Shown piece after piece: positions 9,123 to 16,851 of a stretch of 64,000 nt of DNA (positions within the stretch are counted from its first letter, which is position 1; each line of letters starts with the position of its first letter). The DNA is from Clostridia bacterium (GTDB taxonomy: Bacteria > Bacillota > Clostridia > Christensenellales > QALW01). The stretch covers positions 13,115 through 77,114 of the forward strand of contig CAAGID010000037.1 of NCBI GenBank assembly GCA_900769815.1, given 5' to 3'. The position numbers and the translations under genes were made by a program. The notes beneath the pieces were generated by a model. It was not told the DNA's origin and made no database searches. It saw only the letters and a program-made list of their open reading frames with translations.

Positions 9123-9144
9123 TTGCAAACTTTCTTTTAATACT
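9123..9144. repeat. Right copy of perfect 22-bp inverted repeat (IR-R)
   Basis: ttgcaaactttcttttaatact is the reverse complement of 468-489. Confidence 0.9.
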
Positions 9145-9166
9145 AGCTTATTCTATATTTATAAAG

Positions 9167-9200
9167 AATCCGTGCCTTGTTTTAAGACACGGATTTTTTT
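9167..9200 (+). terminator. Hairpin plus T-run just outside IR-R
   Basis: Stem aatccgtg/cacggatt followed by ttttttt. Confidence 0.6.
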
Positions 9201-9392
9201 CTACAAAAAATTCTTTAGATATATAAAATTTTGAAAAGTTTTACTGTATAGTACTATAGATGGTTTTTGGGAGGTGAATAAATTTGATTTTAAAAAATTA
9301 TAAAAGGAGTGATAGTTTAAATGATTTAGTGTTGATTTGAATTTGGATATTGTATTTAAAAAATTTGAAATTAATGAAAAGGAAATTTGATT

Positions 9393-9851
9393 ATGGGTAA
9401 TTATTATGATGGAAAGGTTTCTATGAAACCGGATATGAGTAAGATGGATTACATTTGTGAGGATGAATATTCTTTTGAAGTACCTGAGGTTTATTTTGAA
9501 AGTACGGGCGAGGAAAATGAAAAAAATGTATTTGATTGGAACTCTGATTCTATATTGGTTGTTAAAAACAAACGAGTAATTAAATATACGGATACTATTT
9601 TCTCGAAAATACTCTTAAAAGATACAAAGGGTAAAACGGAGTGGTTAGACGGAAGAATTGCTAATATCTTAGGTGTTGATGTTGATGATGCTGAAGACAT
9701 TCGTGAGTCAAAAGAATATAGAATCGAAGAATACGATCTTGAAAAATCACAGAAAAGAATATATAAAGTTGTTCTTGATGAAACTGTAGATATGAGTGAT
9801 ATTGATATTTGTGAAATAAAAAGAATTATTGAAGAAAAAAATAATGATTAA
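9393..9851 (+). CDS. Hypothetical acidic protein
   Basis: ORF with ATG 9393 preceded by aaaaggaaa. No recognisable domain. Confidence 0.5.
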   Translation: MGNYYDGKVSMKPDMSKMDYICEDEYSFEVPEVYFESTGEENEKNVFDWNSDSILVVKNKRVIKYTDTIFSKILLKDTKGKTEWLDGRIANILGVDVDDAEDIRESKEYRIEEYDLEKSQKRIYKVVLDETVDMSDIDICEIKRIIEEKNND

Positions 9852-9952
9852 TAGCTTACAAATATAAAGATAATTAAGTTGTAATAAAATAGTAGAGCTT
9901 TAGTGTAATTATAACGCTAAAGCTCTATTTTTATATATAAAACTAATTACTG

Positions 9953-10426
9953 TTATGAGTGCTGTTCTATATGTTTTTCTAAATCTGAGACAAGCTCTTC
10001 TGCAGTATGTTCTAAATTAAATATATCTATGATATACTGGTGCGCGGACTTATATTCGTTTTCATATATGATTTGAATTAGATTTAATAATATGTCTAAG
10101 TTTATGTCTATGTGTTCTGAAAAAAGTTTTGCAATTAAGGGGATGGGGAGTATATCTATAAAATAATAAGGATGTGCACTACAAAAAGATTTAAGCAGTA
10201 AATGATCATCATACGGGCTAGGAAAACTTTCATCAAAATCTGCACACAAGGCATTAAGTTCACACCAGAGGTTGAAGAAGTTCTGTGTGCTTATAAAATG
10301 TTTGTTGTGAGCACGGCAATGAACAATAATAGCATAAAATATTTTAAATTGTTTTGTGTTGAGCTTGCTGAGAGATTCTTCAATAAGTCTTTGTGAATCT
10401 GATTTTGCATTATTAGTTGTGTTCAT
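9953..10426 (-). CDS. Hypothetical protein, paralogue 1 of an element-specific small-protein family
   Basis: 157 aa. Shares the L-x2-L-N...H-x-x-F core and a C-terminal I-x-x-I...Y motif with ORFs 11474..11824 and 11970..12317. Confidence 0.55.
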   Translation of the reverse strand: MNTTNNAKSDSQRLIEESLSKLNTKQFKIFYAIIVHCRAHNKHFISTQNFFNLWCELNALCADFDESFPSPYDDHLLLKSFCSAHPYYFIDILPIPLIAKLFSEHIDINLDILLNLIQIIYENEYKSAHQYIIDIFNLEHTAEELVSDLEKHIEQHS

Positions 10427-10605
10427 AATTGTCTTCTTTCTGATAGCAATAAATCTATCTTTAACTTTTTAGTTTGTTCAATTAATTTAGCAATTATTTT
10501 TGTTTTGTTTTAAATTTCAAAAAACTTTACTGTATAGTATAGTGAAAGGCAAGTAGATTATTTATAAATAAATATAAAAATCTAAAATCTACTTGTAATT
10601 ATTAT

Positions 10606-10998
10606 ATGAAAAGTAAATTAGATAAGATGTTTGAAAGTGATTTCATCAGGCTTCCCAGACCGTTTGTCAGAAAGTTTAATTTGAACACGGCGGTTATGTT
10701 ATCAGAAATATATTCTGAATATACATACTGGAAAGAACGTAACAGTTTACAGCAAGGGGGTTGGTTCTTCAGTACGGTTGAAAATATGTATTATAATACC
10801 GGGTTAAGTAAACATCAACAATTAGTTTCGTGTAAAGAACTTGAAACATATGGTATAATCAAAGTCAAGCATCACGGAATGCCCAAGAAAAGATATTTTA
10901 AGTTTGATCCGGCGGCGTTTAACAAATTATGTAATGATTTTAGATTAAATTCAAATTCAAATGAAGAAGAAAATGAAACGTTTCAGTTTTCTTTTTAA
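10606..10998 (+). CDS. RepA_N-like (replication initiator A N-terminal, winged-helix) protein
   Basis: FIRLPRPFVRKF...LSEIYSEYTYWKERN...GWFFSTVENMYYNTGLSKHQQLVSCKELETYGIIKVKHHGMPKKRYF matches the RepA_N layout by eye. A GC hairpin terminator follows at ~11004-11030. Confidence 0.5.
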   Translation: MKSKLDKMFESDFIRLPRPFVRKFNLNTAVMLSEIYSEYTYWKERNSLQQGGWFFSTVENMYYNTGLSKHQQLVSCKELETYGIIKVKHHGMPKKRYFKFDPAAFNKLCNDFRLNSNSNEEENETFQFSF

Positions 10999-11200
10999 TA
11001 ATTTTGCTCGCGCAAAGCGCGGGCTTCTTTTAATGTATTTATGTAGAATTGGAGGGGCAATAACAGGGCGTAAAAGAGCAGATATATATAATAATTAGAG
11101 GTTCGATTTTTGATGTATAATAGTTTAATTTTTAGACGTATTTGGTTGATATATTAAATATAAATAATAATAAGAAATAATAATAAATTAATAATATTTA

Positions 11201-11232
11201 TATTATAAATTTTTTAGCAAAAATTTATAATA
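11201..11232. repeat. 14-bp perfect AT-only palindrome (possible origin/DUE) in a ~200-bp AT-rich spacer
   Basis: tattataaattttt (11201-11214), loop tagc, aaaaatttataata (11219-11232). Confidence 0.8.
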
Positions 11233-11473
11233 ATTCTATTTAGTAAAATAAGATAATTTTGTTAGTAAATTAAATAAAAATAAAGTAGTTGTTCAAAAAA
11301 TGAACAACTGGTAGAAGTGGAGGAATAGAGGTAATCAAAATTTGTTGAGGCTGTTATATCTTAATATGGTATAAAATAAGAAAGACTGCTGTTTGTGTCA
11401 GCAATCTTTCTATGACGTGCTTTTATAACTTTTATGAGCATTCATTTATTTTAGCTAATATTCTGTGCTGTAT

Positions 11474-11824
11474 TTAAAACAAATCGTTATCGAAAACATT
11501 TACGTTTGAGTAATAGTGATTTACGATTTCTTGCACGGTAAATCTGCATTTTATCAATTCAACGGCAGAAATTAAACTCATATAGTTGTCGGTGTAAGCT
11601 ATTAAACTATCTATCAGTTGCTTTTTAAATGATTTGTCATCGTTAATCTTGAAAGGATTTTTATCAAAGGATTCTAAAAAATCATTAAACTTATCGTAGG
11701 TAGTAATGTTGAAGTGTTGATGATTAATTTTATAGTAAAATAAAACTAAATCGTGCATCTCAACACTATTAAGAGATTCTAATTTTTGAGTCAATGTTTC
11801 AATTATTTGTTCAGTTGCTTGCAT
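11474..11824 (-). CDS. Hypothetical protein, paralogue 2 of small-protein family
   Basis: 116 aa. LESLNSVEMHDLVLFYYKINHQHFN aligns with the equivalent segments of the two other paralogues. Terminator-like hairpin at ~11380-11412. Confidence 0.55.
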   Translation of the reverse strand: MQATEQIIETLTQKLESLNSVEMHDLVLFYYKINHQHFNITTYDKFNDFLESFDKNPFKINDDKSFKKQLIDSLIAYTDNYMSLISAVELIKCRFTVQEIVNHYYSNVNVFDNDLF

Positions 11825-11969
11825 ATATACATTCTTCTTTCTGTCTAATTATTTTGAATAACAACAGAGCACAAAATATTGTCATTCATATAATTTAGCT
11901 GAAGATAGCTCGCGTAGAAAACAAAACTACGCGAGTGTAAAAAAGTGATGGTAAATTATTTGATAAGCG

Positions 11970-12317
11970 TTATGAATATAAAAGGGTATTAATTATCTGT
12001 TCGAAAGAATAGTTATTTTTTATCATTTCTATAGTTTGAATAACTGTTGGATATTTTGATTCTAATGTAAATTCGGTAGTTAATAGGATTATTAATGATT
12101 TGAATGTAATAGGAACTCTATTACATGGGGTATCAAGATACAAATTGATAAAATTCATATGTATTTGTTCGGGCATAAAGAAATTGTAATGAGGGTTAAG
12201 ATACATATATAGGTTAAATACGGTTTCAAGGTTCTCGTGGGTAAGAGTGTTAAGTTGGTTTGTTATTAGGGATTTGTAGTTGTTTTTAAGATTTTTACTC
12301 ATTTTTTTATAACTCAC
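11970..12317 (-). CDS. Hypothetical protein, paralogue 3 of small-protein family
   Basis: 115 aa. LNTLTHENLETVFNLYMYLNPHYNF, and a C-terminal IEMIKNNYSFEQIIN that resembles VELIKCRFTVQEIVN of paralogue 2. Confidence 0.55.
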   Translation of the reverse strand: MSYKKMSKNLKNNYKSLITNQLNTLTHENLETVFNLYMYLNPHYNFFMPEQIHMNFINLYLDTPCNRVPITFKSLIILLTTEFTLESKYPTVIQTIEMIKNNYSFEQIINTLLYS

Positions 12318-12503
12318 TTTCTTTAGTTGTTATTATAAAATACAGTAAAATATTTTAAGATTTTGTATTTTTTAAAAAATAAATAAAAAAATCTCAACAA
12401 ACATTATGCCTGTTAAGATTTTTCGTTGAAAGCGCGCTTACAAACAAATAAAAACACGTTATAATTTCATTATAATAACGTGCTTAAAAGGAATTATTAA
12501 ATT

Positions 12504-13700
12504 ATGAGTAAAAAGAAATCTAACGGTGAAGGTTCTATTACAAAACGTTCTGACGGTCGTTATATGGGACGTTATACTCTAGACGGTAAACGCTATGCAA
12601 TATACGGTAATACTTTTGAAGAGGTCAGGGTGAAATTAACAGAAGTATTGGCAAGGAAAGATAAAGGAGCTCATATTGCAACTTCAGGATACACTTTATC
12701 ACAATGGCTCAGAGAATGGCTGGAAATATATGCACTTCCTACGGTCAAACAATCTACGTACGTATCATATGAAAGCTATGCTCGGCTTCATTTAGAACCG
12801 GTACTTGGAACAATCAAACTAACAAGTCTATCTGTTGAACAGTTTCAACGATTCTTTAATCAAAAGCAAAAATCACTTTCTCCTAAATCTTTACGCAATA
12901 TATATAATATGCTACATAACTGTCTTGAACAAGCAATAGTTAGTGGTTATTTGCAATGTAATCACTTACTTGGAGTGAAACTTCCGCCTGTTACTAAAAA
13001 AGAAATAACTATTCTTAGTGTGAAAGAACAAAATGCCCTTCACTCTGCTGCCAATGCATCAAGCACTCTTGCAGCGTTTGGAATTATCTTCACACTTAGC
13101 ACTGGCATTCGGCTTGGTGAGTTGCTTGGTTTGCAATGGGGTGATGTAGATTATACAAATCATACTATACATATCCGACGAACTGTCGGACGTCTGCTTA
13201 AAGTTGATGAATCGGGCAAACTAATACAAAAGAAAGACGGAACACAAACAACAGAAATTGTAACCCGAACGCCTAAATCAATAACTGCTCAACGGGTTAT
13301 TCCATTATTTCCTGAAGTATGGAACGACCTTATGATTTATCGTGATAAGCAAGAAACAACGTTAAGCAAGTTGGATATCTCTTTAGCATCCAGTACACCA
13401 ATCTTTGCTACACCTTTGGGCATCATTTATGAACCGCGAACATACGAGGACTTATTTAAACGAACATTAAAAGAAGCAAATCTTCCTAATATTAATTTCC
13501 ATGCCCTACGCCACACCTTTGCCACAAGAGCATTGGAAGCCGGCATGGATATTAAAGTGCTTTCATCTATACTGGGCCATGCACAAGCCTCCACAACATT
13601 AAACCTATATGCCCACGCTTTACCGGACCATAAAAGAGATAGTATGCAGAAGATGGGAGCGTTTTATGGTGTTGGCCAATCGAAGATAATTGGTAAGTAA
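12504..13700 (+). CDS. Tyrosine site-specific integrase (phage integrase family)
   Basis: N-terminal arm-binding-type segment GSITKRSDGRYMGRYTLDGKR. C-terminal HALRHTFATRALEAGMDIKVLSSILGHAQASTTLNLYAH with the catalytic R..H-x-x-R..Y pattern. Confidence 0.9.
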   Translation: MSKKKSNGEGSITKRSDGRYMGRYTLDGKRYAIYGNTFEEVRVKLTEVLARKDKGAHIATSGYTLSQWLREWLEIYALPTVKQSTYVSYESYARLHLEPVLGTIKLTSLSVEQFQRFFNQKQKSLSPKSLRNIYNMLHNCLEQAIVSGYLQCNHLLGVKLPPVTKKEITILSVKEQNALHSAANASSTLAAFGIIFTLSTGIRLGELLGLQWGDVDYTNHTIHIRRTVGRLLKVDESGKLIQKKDGTQTTEIVTRTPKSITAQRVIPLFPEVWNDLMIYRDKQETTLSKLDISLASSTPIFATPLGIIYEPRTYEDLFKRTLKEANLPNINFHALRHTFATRALEAGMDIKVLSSILGHAQASTTLNLYAHALPDHKRDSMQKMGAFYGVGQSKIIGK

Positions 13701-13727
13701 TCTTTTTTGTGTTAGCAATCTTGTCAA

Positions 13728-14891
13728 TCAAAAAGGAATATCTTCGTCTTTTTCCTCTTGTCGTTTGATAATTTCTTTACCCTTAAAATATGCAGCTCCG
13801 AATATATCAATAATTTCCTTATCTTCCCAGAATTCAATCCGCTCTTCAAATGCTCTGCAAAAATCAGCATCACCAGATTCTAATGAAGATTTTATATCAG
13901 ATATTTGCCAATCACTATATAAGTTAATATAAGAAACAAGTGCATGAGAAAAATATTTAAATACATATGCTTTATAGTCTGACCCCTTTTTTGTGTTTTG
14001 GAGTAGAGAATAGACTAAATTTTTTTTGTTTGCTAAAAACTCTAATTTGTTTGATACCCAAGTTGCTAGTGAACCAGCGGAATTACATTTAGGAAGATAA
14101 TTTTCAAAACGCGAATCATACTCATAAACAATTTCTCCTAAAGAAATAGATTTATTTATCAAATCCTCAATCCTTAATTGCGCTAACTTATCAATGTTTG
14201 CATAGGTTATGTCCATAAAATAGTGAAAATACATACGTAAAAATTTGTCATCTTTACATTTCATAAGGCTAACGCTAACACTTTTGCAAAAATCAGTTTG
14301 CTCCAATTTAGAGAGAGAATCAAATAATTCTTTGATAAAAATGCTTAAACAATTTTGTGGCAGTTGGGTCCTTTTTTCATACAATTCAAGCAATAAGTTA
14401 TAACGCTTTTTGTTGGGGATTTCTTTTAATAAAAGTTCGGCATATTCTTTCGTGCTTGTAAAATCTTTGTCAAGTAATAATTCCATAATATCATCAATTT
14501 TAGTTTTTCCACCGGAACTATCAATCCTATTTAACAAATAATTTATGTATGAAATTATAACTTCGGAGTCATCTTGGGTAAAAAAAGTTTTTTCGTGGCT
14601 TAAAGGATTTTTTACATATTGCATAATTCCTTTAAGTGAAAAAGCTATGCCTTGTTGAATATCTTTTTCTGTTGTAGTTTCATTTTTGTTTATTTTGATA
14701 GAAGGATTATTTCCTAAAAGAGCTGATTCCACAAGTTTTGTACCATCTTTATCTTCAATTCCGCTTTTGTCACGAAGTAATTCGTTGGCGCAAAATACTG
14801 CGTCACGAACAGCCTCCGTATAGTCCCCTTTTTCGTAATGAGCACTTATCATTTTCCATAAGTCTTCACGCAATTTTTCTTGTGATAACAT
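13728..14891 (-). CDS. TIGR02391/Hypoth_Ymh-like N-terminal domain protein with ~260-aa helical C-terminal region
   Basis: Residues 1-125 follow the Ymh pattern: YEKGDYTEAVRDAV...DGTKLVESAL...GIMQYVKNPLSHEK...YINYLLNRID. Second gene of the operon (40-nt gap, RBS aggatga). Confidence 0.55.
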   Translation of the reverse strand: MLSQEKLREDLWKMISAHYEKGDYTEAVRDAVFCANELLRDKSGIEDKDGTKLVESALLGNNPSIKINKNETTTEKDIQQGIAFSLKGIMQYVKNPLSHEKTFFTQDDSEVIISYINYLLNRIDSSGGKTKIDDIMELLLDKDFTSTKEYAELLLKEIPNKKRYNLLLELYEKRTQLPQNCLSIFIKELFDSLSKLEQTDFCKSVSVSLMKCKDDKFLRMYFHYFMDITYANIDKLAQLRIEDLINKSISLGEIVYEYDSRFENYLPKCNSAGSLATWVSNKLEFLANKKNLVYSLLQNTKKGSDYKAYVFKYFSHALVSYINLYSDWQISDIKSSLESGDADFCRAFEERIEFWEDKEIIDIFGAAYFKGKEIIKRQEEKDEDIPF

Positions 14892-14931
14892 AACCGTATT
14901 TCATCCTGTTCTATATAATTAAATCAATATT

Positions 14932-16335
14932 TTATGCTTTTAATTTGTATGTGCAATGCTTATTGGTGCAGATTTTACATATTGAACAATCGGCAGAACT
15001 CTCTTGCTCGGGACATTTGCAAGGCTGTAATTTTTGACGCAAATCATTTTCACGTTTATTTCTTAATGGTATTTTTCCTTTATACAAATTAAAAAATTTT
15101 CTAAAATTGCAATTAGCAAATGTATCATCATTGATATTCTCATACAGTAATCCCAAAGCTAAATACAGAATGTTTTTTTCAGGTTCTTGTAATAAAACAT
15201 GCTCTATAAATTTAATGATACCTAAAACATCTTGATAACTATTGTTTTTCAATTGAGTATATCTTGTGTATACAATATTTGGGTCCTCTTTTTCATACAT
15301 TATTAAAAATGCTTCGCTATATTTCCAATAATCATTTGTATTTATTTTTTTGCATTGGGCAATGTGTACTTTTGCCGATGCAACATCTCTATATTTTAGG
15401 AAAAGTAATTTTGCATAATTCAAATGAAAAGGATACTGGCCTGGGGAAATTTTGTCTGCATCAAGAGTTTTGTTTTCAGCCATATCCAAAAGAGCAGGCG
15501 CTCTAGAATCAAGCCATTCCACAATATGTAAATTGGCTTCATAGAAAAGGAGGCTTTGCAGAGTCCTACATATTAAATTGTACATTGTATGAGTGCCATC
15601 TAATGAACTGTATAATGAATCCAAGACGGCATGGGCTTGCTCTATCGAATTAGACATATAATATGATACGGCTATTATATATTCGGAGAGAATTCTGAGG
15701 TCGCCAGATACACTATTTATAAATTCTATTTTCGCATCTTTGTTATAGGGTTTGAAACGAATAGGTTTTGAAATAATTGGAACATTTTCACTTAAGAATT
15801 CTTGTGCGCTACTTGGTATGTCTGTATTTGATAATTTAATATTTAATTTGGTATTGAATTGCGTAGGATTATCAGAATTGTCGGTTTCGATAAAAAAGTT
15901 TGCAAAAAAACAGCAATTGGTTTCTGATAACAATTTCGACATCGCTTTATCATCGTTTTTGTTGTACTTTTTTATACGATTTGCATTAAGAAAAATGGGC
16001 ATAGTTTTTAAATGCGAATCCGTTAAGCACTCTTGAAAGTGTTCCCTAATTGAACGAACAAAATCTTTATACAACTTGTTTGTTGGAGTATCGATGATTA
16101 TCAAAACGCCTACATGTCCCTTTTTGCAATGAGGAAGTTTATTTACACATATAACGACTATACAATAAAAAACAAAAATTGCTAAGGATAAAAAAAGACA
16201 TATATATAATGGAATCCAACTTTCTGTATCCTTAGGGACAAAAGGAAGACACGCGAAAACCAAAGTGGCAAAAAGAAACGGAATACTCACCGGTTTAAAA
16301 ATTGTTTTTTCAAAAATTTTTTCTGTAGAGTTCAT
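14932..16335 (-). CDS. Membrane protein: two N-terminal TM helices, an alpha/beta segment, TPR-like helical repeats and a C-terminal Cys cluster
   Basis: TM segments FKPVSIPFLFATLVFACLPFV and WIPLYICLFLSLAIFVFYCIVVICV. C-terminus CKCPEQESSADCSICKICTNKHC. No family recognised. Confidence 0.55.
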   Translation of the reverse strand: MNSTEKIFEKTIFKPVSIPFLFATLVFACLPFVPKDTESWIPLYICLFLSLAIFVFYCIVVICVNKLPHCKKGHVGVLIIIDTPTNKLYKDFVRSIREHFQECLTDSHLKTMPIFLNANRIKKYNKNDDKAMSKLLSETNCCFFANFFIETDNSDNPTQFNTKLNIKLSNTDIPSSAQEFLSENVPIISKPIRFKPYNKDAKIEFINSVSGDLRILSEYIIAVSYYMSNSIEQAHAVLDSLYSSLDGTHTMYNLICRTLQSLLFYEANLHIVEWLDSRAPALLDMAENKTLDADKISPGQYPFHLNYAKLLFLKYRDVASAKVHIAQCKKINTNDYWKYSEAFLIMYEKEDPNIVYTRYTQLKNNSYQDVLGIIKFIEHVLLQEPEKNILYLALGLLYENINDDTFANCNFRKFFNLYKGKIPLRNKRENDLRQKLQPCKCPEQESSADCSICKICTNKHCTYKLKA

Positions 16336-16355
16336 AAATTAAATCACCAACATAA

Positions 16356-16384
16356 ATTATATCGCTTTATGATGAATTTTGCAA
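16356..16384 (-). promoter_or_regulatory. Consensus promoter (TTGCAA-17-TATAAT, minus strand) for the two-gene operon
   Basis: -35 at 16379-16384 and -10 at 16356-16361 (read on the minus strand). Start codon at 16335. Confidence 0.6.
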
Positions 16385-16469
16385 GAGGAAGAAACTAAAT
16401 ATACTAATATGTATACTTGCTCATATATTGATACTACGATCTTTATCCAAACAACAAATGTCAAATATC

Positions 16470-16493
16470 ATTGGTGTCAAAATTGGTGTCAAA
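16470..16493. repeat. 12-bp tandem direct repeat x2 (attggtgtcaaa), with a third tgtcaaa at 16459
   Basis: Read directly. On the minus strand this gives three TTGACA-containing boxes upstream of the operon promoter. Confidence 0.9.
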
Positions 16494-16526
16494 AACACGA
16501 TTTAAATGTAAAAATAAAAAAAGAAA

Positions 16527-16555
16527 AACCTTGTAAACGTAGTGTTTACAAGGTT
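16527..16555 (-). terminator. Terminator of tRNA-fMet
   Basis: 12-bp stem aaccttgtaaac/gtttacaaggtt, followed by a T-run on the minus strand. Confidence 0.75.
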
Positions 16556-16560
16556 TAATT

Positions 16561-16637
<77 letters not shown>

Positions 16638-16666
16638 ATATAGTGTAATCTCTTGATTACGTTTAT

Positions 16667-16695
16667 ATTATATGCTATAAAAAGTATTTTGTCAA
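16667..16695 (-). promoter_or_regulatory. Consensus promoter TTGACA-17-TATAAT for tRNA-fMet
   Basis: Minus-strand ttgaca (16690-16695), 17-nt spacer, tataat (16667-16672). Confidence 0.7.
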
Positions 16696-16851
16696 TATCT
16701 TTTTTTTGAAAAGTTTGACGAAAAAAAGGAGGTATAAAAAATGGATTTTTTGCCTGTATTATATTTTTACCATAAAAACTATATCTCAAAAAAGGATAAT
16801 AGCAAGTCCAATGCAGAAAGATGCTCCAAAGAATTTTCTTTGGAGCATTTT

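Larger units (their letters stand above)
468..9144. mobile_element. IR-bounded 8.7-kb cassette: serine recombinase, giant dockerin adhesin and cohesin-like anchor (invertible segment or transposon-like unit; mechanism unresolved)
   Basis: Perfect 22-bp inverted repeats at both ends. The recombinase gene starts 100 bp inside IR-L. No flanking target-site duplication seen. Confidence 0.45.
9145..16560. mobile_element. AT-rich integrative element next to tRNA-fMet (RepA_N-like gene, putative ori, tyrosine integrase, two-gene cargo); boundaries not resolved
   Basis: Integrase plus replication-type gene plus orphan genes, visibly lower GC, abuts the 3-prime side of a tRNA gene. No att direct repeat could be found by eye. 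Confidence 0.45.

Noticed and set aside
9243-9260. tactgtatagtactatag looked like an E. coli-type SOS (LexA) box
   Set aside because: It lacks the CTGT-N8-ACAG symmetry. Firmicute LexA boxes are CGAAC-N4-GTTCG. It is kept only as an unexplained shared motif.
430-16560. Search for att direct repeats: a second copy of the tRNA-fMet 3-prime end (tggttgcggggacggg...) near 430-520, 9040-9300 or 12320-12500
   Set aside because: None was found by eye, so no attL/attR call is made and the island boundaries stay open.
16820-16849. Hairpin atgctccaaag...ctttggagcat considered as the TRAP permease terminator
   Set aside because: Its T-run is on the plus-strand side, so its orientation fits a plus-strand terminator (the sORF transcript) better. 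Because of this ambiguity it is not listed as a feature.
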